Program-made: the position numbers and the translations under genes | Shown here: piece after piece, positions 8,342-18,021 of the stretch | How positions within the stretch are numbered: the first letter of the stretch is position 1 | Layout of the letters: every line of letters begins with the position of its first letter | Source: Bacteroidota bacterium | GTDB taxonomy: Bacteria; Bacteroidota; Bacteroidia; Bacteroidales; FEN-979 | Assembly (NCBI GenBank): GCA_037137455.1 | Contig: JBAXKG010000001.1 | Span: 418 to 64,417 of the forward strand | Reading direction: 5' to 3' | DNA length: 64,000 bases | The notes under the pieces: generated by a model | What the model was told of the DNA's origin: nothing | Database searches by the model: none | What the model saw: only the letters and a program-made list of their open reading frames with translations

Positions 8342-11300
8342 ATGTCGATGAAGGATAAAATGCTATCAATGCCCGATTATGTGTTTGAAACCAGTTGGGA
8401 AGTTTGTAATAAAGTTGGTGGAATCTACACGGCAATCGCGACAAAAGCCCGTGTAATGGCTGAAGAATATAAAGATAATTATATTCTGATCGGCCCCGAT
8501 GTTTGGAAAGAGACCCATCAGAACCCTGAATTCATTGAGGATAAATTTCTTTATAAATCATGGCGTGAAATCGCTGAAGCCGAAGGATTGCGTTTTAAAC
8601 TAGGCAGATGGAATATCCCCGGAAAACCTGTTGTAATACTGGTTGATTTTACACCCTATTTCTCTGAAAAGGACAAAATATTTACCCATTTCTGGGAACG
8701 TTATAAACTTGACTCCATTTCAGGTGATTGGGATTATATTGAACCAGCCTTTTTTGGATATGCAGCCGGAAAGATTATCGATAGTTTCTACAATTTTAAC
8801 CTGTCGCACCACGATAAAATCATTGCCCAATTCCACGAATGGATGACCGGAACCGGTATCCTGTATCTAAAGGAACGAATTCCACAAGTCGGTACTGTGT
8901 TTACAGCCCATGCCACAGTTATTGGCCGCACCATTTCAGCAAACGGACTGCCATTGTATAAAAACCTCGAAAACTACAGCGCCGAAGCAATAGCCAAGCA
9001 ATTTGGCGTTATGGCAAAATTTTCACTTGAAAAATTATCAGCACATGAAGCTGATTATTTTACAACGCAAAGCCAGATTACCAATAATGAATGCCGGCAT
9101 TTTCTGGAAAAAGAGGCCGATTTGTTGACACCAAACGGATTCGATGATTCATGGGTGCCTGTAAAGGATGACTATATTGAAAAACGAACCCGTTCACGGA
9201 ATAAACTGCGGGAAGTAGCAGGCGCGATAACAGGCGAGGAATATTCGGAGGATACCATATTTGTTTTGACCAGTGGCCGCTATGAAATCCGTATCAAAGG
9301 GTTTGATGTGGTCATTGACTCACTTGGGTTGCTTAATAAACAATCGAGATTGCCACAAACATTAATAGCATTTATTGCGGTCTCGTCAGGTCAGAATATC
9401 CCGCGAAAAGAGATCCTTGATCGTATGAGCCAAAAGGATTTTAGTCACAAACGACAGGAAGAATATTGTACCCACGGACTGATTGAACCCGAGAATGATA
9501 TCATTCTGAAAAAGATAAAAGCAAATGGTCTTTTAAACCGCCCTGAGGATAAAGTGAAGGTCATTTATATTCCGACATATCTGAACGGGACTGACGGAAT
9601 ATTCAACCTGAACTACTATGATCTTTTGATTGGTTTCGATGGTACTCTGTTCCCATCCTATTATGAACCATGGGGATATTCTGCTTTGGAGAGCCTTTCT
9701 TTCCATATTCCAACAATTACAACCTCACTGTCGGGTTTTGGCCAATGGGTGAAATCATTGTTTCCAACAGCTAAGGATTGCACTGCGGTGATTGACCGTA
9801 ATGACGATAATGATACCGAGGTAGCTGAAAACATAGCAAAACACATCTTTAATTGTGCATCAAAGACCGAAAAAGATATTATCAAGGCCAGAATTAAAGC
9901 TTATGAAATTTCAAGGTCGGCCTTGTGGAAAAATCTGATCATTAATTATAATGAGGCCTATTCTGACACAGTTGAAAAGACAGCATCCAGGGCTGAGTTG
10001 TATGCCGGAAAGCAACCCCAGTTGCTTACCTCTTCATTGAAATGCATCGTTGACCTAAAGCCTGATTGGAAAAAGGTACTGATCCAGCAGCGTATTCCCG
10101 AAAACCTTGCCAGTATTGAGCGCCTTGCGAAAAATTTATGGTGGTCATGGAATTATCAAGGGTCAGAATTATTTGAAATGATTAACAAAGATCGCTGGTA
10201 TGAATTAAAGTTCAACCCGATTGCATTAATCGAATCATTATCTTTCAATGAATTGCAGGATTTGAGTGCAAATGAGAAATTTGTGGATAAACTCGTCAGG
10301 GTTACTGCAAGCTTTGATTCATACATGGCCAAAGCCGCCGAAAAGCCGCGCGACATGGTCGCCTATTTCAGCATGGAATATGGCCTTCATGATACCGTGA
10401 AAATTTTTTCTGGCGGATTGGGTATGTTGGCCGGCGATTACCTGAAGGAGGCTAGTGATTCGAATTATAACCTCGTAGGCATCGGGCTTTTGTACAGGTA
10501 TGGATATTTTACCCAGAGCCTTTCAATTTTTGGCGACCAGATCGCAATTTATACTCCCCAGAAATTTACCCATTTACCCTTGATACCAATTCGCGATGAA
10601 AAGGGAAATTGGTTGAAAATTACATTTGCACTGCCAGGTCGGACAATGTATGCCAAAATATGGAGATGCGACGTCGGCCGGATTCCTCTGTTCCTGATGG
10701 ATACAGATATCGAAGAAAATGAAGAAGCCGACCGTAGTATCACTCACCAACTTTATGGCGGAGATCTCGAAAACCGTCTGCGTCAGGAGTTGTTGCTGGG
10801 GATCGGGGGTATACGCATGCTTGATGCTATGGGCATAAACCCTGATGTTTTTCATAGCAATGAAGGCCATTCTGCTTTTATCGGACTTGAGCGTTTAAGA
10901 AAACTTATTGAGAATGAAAAACTTACATTTCCACAAGCATTGGAAATGGTTCGCTCTTCTACATTGTTCACAACTCATACCCCTGTACCGGCCGGACATG
11001 ATACCTTCCCGGAAGATCTTCTTCGACGCTACCTGTCTCATTACCCCGATCACCTTACCCTTAAGTGGGAGCAGTTTATTAATCTGGGGCGCATGGTTGA
11101 ATATGATATTACTGAAAAATTTTCCATGAGCGTATTGGCTGCTAAATTGTCACAAGAGATAAATGGCGTAAGTAAAATTCATGGCAGGGTTACAAGAGAA
11201 ATGTTTGTAAAACTTTACCAGGGCTATTATCCCGATGAATTGCATATCGGATATGTAACAAATGGAGTTCACCTGCCTACATGGACCGCAAAATCATGGC

Positions 11301-12595
11301 AGCAAATTTATGACAAAGAGTTTGGCGATGGATTTTTTGAGGATCAGTCGAACCCGCAATTTTGGAAAAAAATTCACAATGTAGATGATGAGACTATCTG
11401 GAAAACAAAGTTGAAGCAAAAGGATCAGATGACAGACTTCCTTTTACAACATTTATATGCTGACATGACCCGCCGTCATGAAAATCCAAAACTGATCTTT
11501 AAGATTCGTGAGGCGGCAAACCCCAAAGCCCTTACCATCGGATTTGCCCGGAGATTTGCCACATATAAAAGGGCTCATCTGCTTTTCAGCAACCTTGACC
11601 GTTTATCGCGTATTGTTAATAATAAAGAAAAACCGGTTCAGTTTATGTTTGCCGGTAAAGCACATCCCAACGATAAAGCAGGGCAAGACCTGATTAAACG
11701 AATATATGAAATCTCGCACCTGCCCGAATTTGTAGGAAAGATTTTTTTCTTTGAAAATTATGACATGGAACTCGCCAAATATCTTATTAAGGGTGTTGAT
11801 ATTTGGTTAAATACACCTACAAGGCCATTGGAGGCTTCGGGAACCAGCGGTGAAAAAGCTGTGATGAATGGAGTTGTGAACTTTAGTGTACTCGATGGCT
11901 GGTGGGCTGAAGGCTACAAACCAAATGCAGGATGGGCGCTGAAGGAGGAATCAACCTACGATAACCATCAGTTCCAGGATGAGTTGGATGCCGAAACTAT
12001 TTATTCAATCCTGGAAGAAGAGATTGTTCCGATTTATTACGATGTCAATGAACAGAATGTTCCGGTAAAATGGGTTTCCTACATCAAAAATACTATCTCC
12101 GAAATCGCCCCTCATTTTACTATGAAAAGGCAACTTGACGATTATATCCGCCAATATTATAATCCACTTTTTAAACGCTCACGTATTATGGCTGGAAAAA
12201 ATTATGAGATGGCCAGACATATAGCAAGTTGGAAACGCAAGGTTTTACGAGGATGGGAAAGTATCGAGGTTGTTTCTGTGAAAATTCCCGATTCCAACCA
12301 GAAACCACTTTCACTTGGCGAATCTTTTAAAGCTGAAATTATCCTCGATCTGAATGAATTATCTGGTACTGATATAGGAATCGAAGTGTTGTTTGGAAAG
12401 AAAATCAATGATGAAGTAAAAGAACCCAGCTTCAAAGAGGAGATGACACTAAATAGATCAGAAAAGAATATTGTTTCCTTCGTATGCGAAATTCCTATTA
12501 ACCAGGCAGGGGTGTACGATTTTGTATTCCGCCTGTTCCCGAAAAGCCCGCTTTTACCACATCGGCAGGATTTTAATCTCGTTAAATGGATTTAA
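8342..12595 (+). CDS. fusion protein: GT3 (eukaryote/Bacteroidota-type) glycogen synthase + alpha-glucan phosphorylase (DUF3417 + GT35)
   Basis: 1417-aa uninterrupted ORF. The N-terminal FETSWEVCNKVGGIYT is the GT3 glycogen synthase hallmark. LWWSWN (aa 599-604, nt 10136-10153) is the DUF3417 hallmark. EASGTSGEKAVMNG is the phosphorylase PLP-lysine context. Confidence 0.85.
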   Translation: MSMKDKMLSMPDYVFETSWEVCNKVGGIYTAIATKARVMAEEYKDNYILIGPDVWKETHQNPEFIEDKFLYKSWREIAEAEGLRFKLGRWNIPGKPVVILVDFTPYFSEKDKIFTHFWERYKLDSISGDWDYIEPAFFGYAAGKIIDSFYNFNLSHHDKIIAQFHEWMTGTGILYLKERIPQVGTVFTAHATVIGRTISANGLPLYKNLENYSAEAIAKQFGVMAKFSLEKLSAHEADYFTTQSQITNNECRHFLEKEADLLTPNGFDDSWVPVKDDYIEKRTRSRNKLREVAGAITGEEYSEDTIFVLTSGRYEIRIKGFDVVIDSLGLLNKQSRLPQTLIAFIAVSSGQNIPRKEILDRMSQKDFSHKRQEEYCTHGLIEPENDIILKKIKANGLLNRPEDKVKVIYIPTYLNGTDGIFNLNYYDLLIGFDGTLFPSYYEPWGYSALESLSFHIPTITTSLSGFGQWVKSLFPTAKDCTAVIDRNDDNDTEVAENIAKHIFNCASKTEKDIIKARIKAYEISRSALWKNLIINYNEAYSDTVEKTASRAELYAGKQPQLLTSSLKCIVDLKPDWKKVLIQQRIPENLASIERLAKNLWWSWNYQGSELFEMINKDRWYELKFNPIALIESLSFNELQDLSANEKFVDKLVRVTASFDSYMAKAAEKPRDMVAYFSMEYGLHDTVKIFSGGLGMLAGDYLKEASDSNYNLVGIGLLYRYGYFTQSLSIFGDQIAIYTPQKFTHLPLIPIRDEKGNWLKITFALPGRTMYAKIWRCDVGRIPLFLMDTDIEENEEADRSITHQLYGGDLENRLRQELLLGIGGIRMLDAMGINPDVFHSNEGHSAFIGLERLRKLIENEKLTFPQALEMVRSSTLFTTHTPVPAGHDTFPEDLLRRYLSHYPDHLTLKWEQFINLGRMVEYDITEKFSMSVLAAKLSQEINGVSKIHGRVTREMFVKLYQGYYPDELHIGYVTNGVHLPTWTAKSWQQIYDKEFGDGFFEDQSNPQFWKKIHNVDDETIWKTKLKQKDQMTDFLLQHLYADMTRRHENPKLIFKIREAANPKALTIGFARRFATYKRAHLLFSNLDRLSRIVNNKEKPVQFMFAGKAHPNDKAGQDLIKRIYEISHLPEFVGKIFFFENYDMELAKYLIKGVDIWLNTPTRPLEASGTSGEKAVMNGVVNFSVLDGWWAEGYKPNAGWALKEESTYDNHQFQDELDAETIYSILEEEIVPIYYDVNEQNVPVKWVSYIKNTISEIAPHFTMKRQLDDYIRQYYNPLFKRSRIMAGKNYEMARHIASWKRKVLRGWESIEVVSVKIPDSNQKPLSLGESFKAEIILDLNELSGTDIGIEVLFGKKINDEVKEPSFKEEMTLNRSEKNIVSFVCEIPINQAGVYDFVFRLFPKSPLLPHRQDFNLVKWI

Positions 12596-12648
12596 TAAAG
12601 CAGTGGGTATTTTTACCATCTGGCTTTGAATAACTAAAATTATCATAC

Positions 12649-13395
12649 ATGAAATTACTTACAGGAAAAACTGCCTTGATAACCGGTGCAAATCGTGGTA
12701 TCGGAAAATCAATTGCATTGAAATTTGCAGAAAATGGAGCCAATATAGCATTTTCAGATATTCAATATAATGATGATTCAATACAGCTGGAACATGAACT
12801 TGCAACCTTTGGAATTAAGGTAAAAGGTTATGCCTCCGATGCAAGCTCTTTTTCCGATAGCGAACAACTGATTACCCGGATAATCGAAGATTTTGGAGCG
12901 ATCGATGTACTGGTAAACAATGCCGGAATCACACGCGATAACCTTCTGCTGAGAATGACAGAACAAGATTGGGATCGTGTTATAAACGTGAATCTTAAAT
13001 CAGTTTTCAATCTTACCAAAGCAATTCAGAGGGTAATGATCAAACAACGGTTTGGCTCGATCATCAATATGAGCTCGGTTGTAGGTGTTGAAGGCAACAG
13101 CGGTCAGTCAAATTATGCAGCCTCTAAAGCAGGGATAATCGGGTTCACAAAATCAATGGCCCAGGAGCTTGGTTCACGTAATATTCGTTGTAATGCTATA
13201 GCTCCCGGTTATATCGAAACCGAAATGACTGCTAAATTGCCCCAGGAATTTCGTGATAAGTGGATTCAGGATATTCCGATGAAACGCGCCGGAACTCCCG
13301 ACGACGTTGCCAACCTTGCTTTGTTTCTGGCTTCTGATCTGAGTTGCTATGTTACGGGTCAGGCAATTACCGTTTGTGGTGGACTTCACACCTGA
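12649..13395 (+). CDS. fabG: 3-oxoacyl-[acyl-carrier-protein] reductase
   Basis: 248-aa SDR with ITGANRGIG, NNAG and YAASKAG (Y-x3-K). Confidence 0.9.
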   Translation: MKLLTGKTALITGANRGIGKSIALKFAENGANIAFSDIQYNDDSIQLEHELATFGIKVKGYASDASSFSDSEQLITRIIEDFGAIDVLVNNAGITRDNLLLRMTEQDWDRVINVNLKSVFNLTKAIQRVMIKQRFGSIINMSSVVGVEGNSGQSNYAASKAGIIGFTKSMAQELGSRNIRCNAIAPGYIETEMTAKLPQEFRDKWIQDIPMKRAGTPDDVANLALFLASDLSCYVTGQAITVCGGLHT

Positions 13396-15482
13396 TTAAT
13401 CCTATAGTTTTGGGACTGGCTACCGAATACCCTTCAGAATTGATTTTGATTTGCTTAATTCTTGGTTTTGGATATTCTTCTATCCTGTATTACCTTGATT
13501 TAAAAAGAGAGTCGAAAGCAAAAGTCATTTGGGCTATGTCGCTCCTGCGATTTTTTTCTGTCTTCATGATCTCTTTTCTTATACTTGACCCGCTGTTCAA
13601 ACAATCTGAAAAAATTATTGAAAAACCAATTGTTATTATTGGAATTGATAACTCAAGGTCAGTTGTGCTTGCCGGCGATTCAGATTATTACAGAACGACC
13701 TTCCCGGCTCAAATAAATAAATTAGCTAATGAACTGAAAAAAAAATGCGAAGTAAAAATCTATTCATTAGGCGAAAATCTTAAAAATGGATTTAGCGCTT
13801 CCTACACTGACAACCAGACTGATATTTCTTCATTCTTTAATGAAGTGACTACTCGTTATGCAAATCGGAATGCAGCAGCATTGATACTTGCCACCGATGG
13901 AATTTTCAACAAGGGTGCCGACCCTTTTTATGCGGCCCAAAAAATCTCTTTTCCGGTTTATACAATCGCAATCGGTGATACCAATCTGAAAAAAGATGCT
14001 TGTATCCGTAAGATCTTCGTAAATAAAACTGCATTTAAGGGTGATAAATTTCCTGTAGAAGTCCTCGTAGAAATAAATAAATGCGCCGGGTTAAATTCAA
14101 AACTATCTATTTCTCAGGGTAATAGAGTAATTGAGACAACGAATATCAGAGCAACAAACGACAGGTATTTTCTCAAAGTTCCATTTATACTTGAAGCCAA
14201 AGAAACAGGTTTGATAAAATATTCACTTATGCTCGGTGAATTTGAAAAAGAGGTAAATCTTCAGAATAATAAGATTAATTTTTATGTTGAGGTCTATGAC
14301 AAGCGACAAAAGATTGCATTAGTATTCGATTCTCCACACCCTGATATCAGAGCCATTCAAAAAGCATTTGAGGGTTCTTCACATTTCGAAATCGACCTGA
14401 TTAATGCCGATTCCCTGCCAAAATCATTCGATAAATATGATCTTATTATACTAAATCAGTTGCCATCAATCTCCAGGGGATCTGATTTAACTTCCTTTAC
14501 TAATTGCAAGGCCTCATTGCTCTACATCATTGGCTCACAAACTGATATAAACGCCTTTAATAAATTGAAACAATTTCTAATAATCAATTCCTCAAAGAAC
14601 TCATTTACTGAATCACAACCAGTTATCAATGAAAATTTTTCATTATTCAGCATAACAAAAAATCATGCATCAATATTCTCCGAATCTCCACCACTTCAAT
14701 CTCCTTTTGGAGTGTACCAGGTTAGTCCGTTGGCAGAAATCTTGTTTTATCAAAAAATCGGAACTGTTTCAACAACAACTCCTATGATAATGTTTACCAG
14801 GGTATCAGAAAAAAAAATTGGAATTATTGCCGGTGAGAATATCTGGAGATGGAGGATGTATAATTATATTCAACAATCAAATTATGAGGCCTTTGATCTA
14901 TTGATTGATAAAATAGCTCAATATCTTTGCACCAAGGATGACAAGGATTTTTTTAGAATTCGTACCAAAAGTAAAATTTCTGAAAATGAGCCGGTCGAAA
15001 TTGATGCGGAAGTTTACAATGGAACATATGAACTTATCAATGATCCCGAGGTGAATATTACAATAAATGATGTTGCGGGTAAAACTTATTCTTTTGTATT
15101 TAGTAAAACCCTGAAATCATATTATCTCAATGCAGGTCTGTTTCCCGCAGGAGAATATTCCTTCAGGGCAACAACAAAAGTTGGTTTCGAAAAGTATCAG
15201 AAATCCGGAAAGTTTATAATCGAACAGGTAAATATCGAAAGCTCAAATCTTGTCGCCGATCATCATTTGCTTTTCAGAATCGCCAATGCACATGACGGGG
15301 AAATGATCTCCCGCGACAGTATTGCCATATTGACCGATAAAATCACTTCGAGGCAGGATATACGCTCAGTCTCTATATATCAAAACAGGATGACCGGTTT
15401 AATCGGAAATCCATTGCTGTTTTCCATCATCCTGGTTTTATTGACAGCTGAATGGGTTATCAGAAAAAGAGAAGGGAAATAG
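13344..15482 (+). CDS. membrane protein with VWA-like (MIDAS DxSxS) region, function unknown
   Basis: 712-aa ORF with N-terminal TM helices, IGIDNSRS (DxSxS) and a C-terminal TM (LLFSIILVLLTAEWVI). The listed ATG overlaps fabG by 52 nt, so the true start may be the in-frame TTG at 13410. Confidence 0.6.
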   Translation: MLCYGSGNYRLWWTSHLINPIVLGLATEYPSELILICLILGFGYSSILYYLDLKRESKAKVIWAMSLLRFFSVFMISFLILDPLFKQSEKIIEKPIVIIGIDNSRSVVLAGDSDYYRTTFPAQINKLANELKKKCEVKIYSLGENLKNGFSASYTDNQTDISSFFNEVTTRYANRNAAALILATDGIFNKGADPFYAAQKISFPVYTIAIGDTNLKKDACIRKIFVNKTAFKGDKFPVEVLVEINKCAGLNSKLSISQGNRVIETTNIRATNDRYFLKVPFILEAKETGLIKYSLMLGEFEKEVNLQNNKINFYVEVYDKRQKIALVFDSPHPDIRAIQKAFEGSSHFEIDLINADSLPKSFDKYDLIILNQLPSISRGSDLTSFTNCKASLLYIIGSQTDINAFNKLKQFLIINSSKNSFTESQPVINENFSLFSITKNHASIFSESPPLQSPFGVYQVSPLAEILFYQKIGTVSTTTPMIMFTRVSEKKIGIIAGENIWRWRMYNYIQQSNYEAFDLLIDKIAQYLCTKDDKDFFRIRTKSKISENEPVEIDAEVYNGTYELINDPEVNITINDVAGKTYSFVFSKTLKSYYLNAGLFPAGEYSFRATTKVGFEKYQKSGKFIIEQVNIESSNLVADHHLLFRIANAHDGEMISRDSIAILTDKITSRQDIRSVSIYQNRMTGLIGNPLLFSIILVLLTAEWVIRKREGK

Positions 15483-15494
15483 ATGCCCCTGAAT

Positions 15495-16325
15495 TTATAG
15501 ATCTCTTTTCTTTATAACCATGTAAACAACTCCAACCATTATCGCAGAATAAATCAATGGGATGCAGCAAGCCAAAAGACTGACAGAGTCTTGCAAATTT
15601 AATCCCATCACTTGTTTTAACACCGGTATTGCAGGGTATTCTGTTATCCGGAGCGCTGAATTTACTGGCAGATAGGTGGAAATGTCGTTTTTAAATACGA
15701 AAGGGCTTTTCAGGAAATAAAATAGAATGGGCTCCACAATAAATACGTACAAGGTGAATAAGGCAATGGAAAGACCTGTATTACGTAATAGAAACGCGGA
15801 GAATAATGCAAAGATCTGAAAGGATAGTATTGTAACGAAAAATCCGAATACAAAGGATGATTTTTCAAGCACTAATGCAAATGAAATCTCCGAAGTATTA
15901 GATATTCCTAATATCAATGTGCCTATAGCAACGAAAACTGTCATCACGATAGAAATTAACAGAATTAGCAAAAGTTTTGATATAAGAAATTCAGCTTTGC
16001 TCATGCCGTTAATTATATTTTGTCTTATAGTTTTAAAGGTAAATTCATTGGTGATCAATATGATCATAACCATGGCCGGAAAGATGAGAATATAGCGGAT
16101 AGTAGCAAAAAAGGCTATGTTTTGCCACACCCATGGGAAAAAGTAAATGGCCACATGAGGAATGGGAATAGGTAAATGCCGGTTTGTATGGTCAACCATA
16201 TTATTAATAATAAACTCTGCCATAAACAGGCCAACAGAAAGAAAAAGAAAATAAAGACCGGTAAGGAGCCAGAATATTTTATATGTCAGGATTTTTTTGA
16301 ATTCAATTTTTAACAGCTTTATCAT
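15495..16325 (-). CDS. ABC-2 type transporter permease
   Basis: 276 aa and polytopic (about 6 hydrophobic segments). It overlaps the upstream ATPase gene by 4 nt. Confidence 0.75.
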   Translation of the reverse strand: MIKLLKIEFKKILTYKIFWLLTGLYFLFLSVGLFMAEFIINNMVDHTNRHLPIPIPHVAIYFFPWVWQNIAFFATIRYILIFPAMVMIILITNEFTFKTIRQNIINGMSKAEFLISKLLLILLISIVMTVFVAIGTLILGISNTSEISFALVLEKSSFVFGFFVTILSFQIFALFSAFLLRNTGLSIALFTLYVFIVEPILFYFLKSPFVFKNDISTYLPVNSALRITEYPAIPVLKQVMGLNLQDSVSLLACCIPLIYSAIMVGVVYMVIKKRDL

Positions 16326-17218
16326 GTGTTTTCGTCTAATAGTTCGAGAAAATGTTGTTCAAGGCTCCGTTTGCGTTCCGATAAATGGCTCAGGATAATT
16401 CCCTTTTGAATGAAAAATTGATTCAGCTCTTCTGCCTTTACCACATCTTTGAAATAAACCAGTATTTTATCCTGATCAGAAGTAAGCGATTGAAAAGCTG
16501 GATGAAGCTTGATTGCCTGTTTAAGGATTTCATGATTTAACGATGAAAGCTCAAAAGAATCTGATATGGCAAGGACTTCACTCACCTTTCCGTCAAAAAG
16601 TTTGACTCCTTTACTTAGTACCGCAACATGACTGCATATTTTTTGCACTTCATCCAACAGGTGCGATGCCATAATGATTGTAGTTCCCTGGCTGGCAACC
16701 AGTAGAATCAATTCACGAATATGTGCAATGCCTTGGGGATCAAGGCCATTAGTGGGCTCGTCAAGAATCAATACTTCTGGATTTCCGAGTAGGGCAGAGG
16801 CAACGGCAAGACGTTGTTTCATCCCGAACGAAAACGTTTTAAACCGGGTGTTTCTGCGCTCATAAAGACCAGTGAGATTAAGTACCCGGTCAATATCATC
16901 ATAGCTTTGATCCTTTATATCAGCAACAATCTTCAGGTTTATTACCGGGCTTAGATATGGGAAAAAATTCGGACTCTCAATAACGCTGCCGATTCGTTTC
17001 CGGCTTTCTTTTGAAGGGGCATCCCCGAACCATTCGAAGTCTCCTTTATTAGCTCTTATCAACTCAAGAATTATACTCAACGTGGTAGTTTTTCCACTTC
17101 CGTTGGGGCCAAGAATTCCAAAGATCTGACCTTTTTTTACCTCCAGGGAAAGGTCATTAACTGCCTTGATTTTTCTATATCTTTTCGAGATATTGTTAAT
17201 GGATAAAATAGTTTCCAA
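16322..17218 (-). CDS. ABC transporter ATP-binding protein
   Basis: Walker A GPNGSGKTT, signature-like FSFGMKQRL, Walker B LILDEPTNGLD and H-loop ASHLL. Confidence 0.9.
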   Translation of the reverse strand: METILSINNISKRYRKIKAVNDLSLEVKKGQIFGILGPNGSGKTTTLSIILELIRANKGDFEWFGDAPSKESRKRIGSVIESPNFFPYLSPVINLKIVADIKDQSYDDIDRVLNLTGLYERRNTRFKTFSFGMKQRLAVASALLGNPEVLILDEPTNGLDPQGIAHIRELILLVASQGTTIIMASHLLDEVQKICSHVAVLSKGVKLFDGKVSEVLAISDSFELSSLNHEILKQAIKLHPAFQSLTSDQDKILVYFKDVVKAEELNQFFIQKGIILSHLSERKRSLEQHFLELLDENT

Positions 17219-17313
17219 AATCAGTAAAATAAAGTAGGATAAAACATTTATCTATGACGCTGCTTAGGCACGGATGTTACAATTTGATTAAATCTTTAAT
17301 TTATACGAATTGA

Positions 17314-18021
17314 CTAATGGAATAATAAAAAAATTGATGGTCTCTTATTGATATCTGGTCTCGATTTTTTCCATGCGCCAATTGACTTTGATTCTATTTG
17401 TTCATCTGCTCCTGAAATACCGGTGGCAATGCAAAGTAATGTGCCTTCGCGGCATACCGAGATAAGTGAATCAAAAAGCTGCAGGTTTCGGTAAGGTGTT
17501 TCAATAAAAATCTGTGTCTGGTCCTTTTCCTGGATCGTTCGCTCAAGTTCCTTTATTTTTTTTACTCTCGATTCTTTATCAGCAGGAAGGTATCCAAGAA
17601 ATGAAAAATTCTGGCCATTAAATCCCGAAGCCATCAGAGCGAGCATGATTGAAGAGGGTCCTGATAACGGCACGATCCGAATGCCCATTTCATGCGCTTC
17701 TTTTACAATCATTGAGCCGGGATCAGCAATACAGGGGGCGCCTGCTTCAGATAAAAGGCCGATATCATGGCCATCCTGTGTACATGCCAGGTACGAATCA
17801 AGGATTATTTCCTTTGAATGCTCATTAAATATCAGGAAAGTAATTTCGTTGATATTTCTCAGAGTACCTGCCTTTATTAAAAATCGTCTTGCTGTACGTA
17901 CTTCTTCAACAATGAAGTGGTCTAACCTTCTGATAATTGACAGGTTTCCCTCAGGAATTACTGAATCAACATTACCATCGGCAATTAATGTCGGGATAAG
18001 ATATAACCTGCCTTTATTCAT
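17314..18021 (-). CDS. SAM-dependent methyltransferase, tetrapyrrole-methylase fold (RsmI-like)
   Basis: 235 aa. LYLIPTLIADG..., AGAPCIADPG and GPSSIMLALMASG are typical of the TP-methylase/RsmI fold. It overlaps the upstream gene by 8 nt. Confidence 0.7.
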   Translation of the reverse strand: MNKGRLYLIPTLIADGNVDSVIPEGNLSIIRRLDHFIVEEVRTARRFLIKAGTLRNINEITFLIFNEHSKEIILDSYLACTQDGHDIGLLSEAGAPCIADPGSMIVKEAHEMGIRIVPLSGPSSIMLALMASGFNGQNFSFLGYLPADKESRVKKIKELERTIQEKDQTQIFIETPYRNLQLFDSLISVCREGTLLCIATGISGADEQIESKSIGAWKKSRPDINKRPSIFLLFH

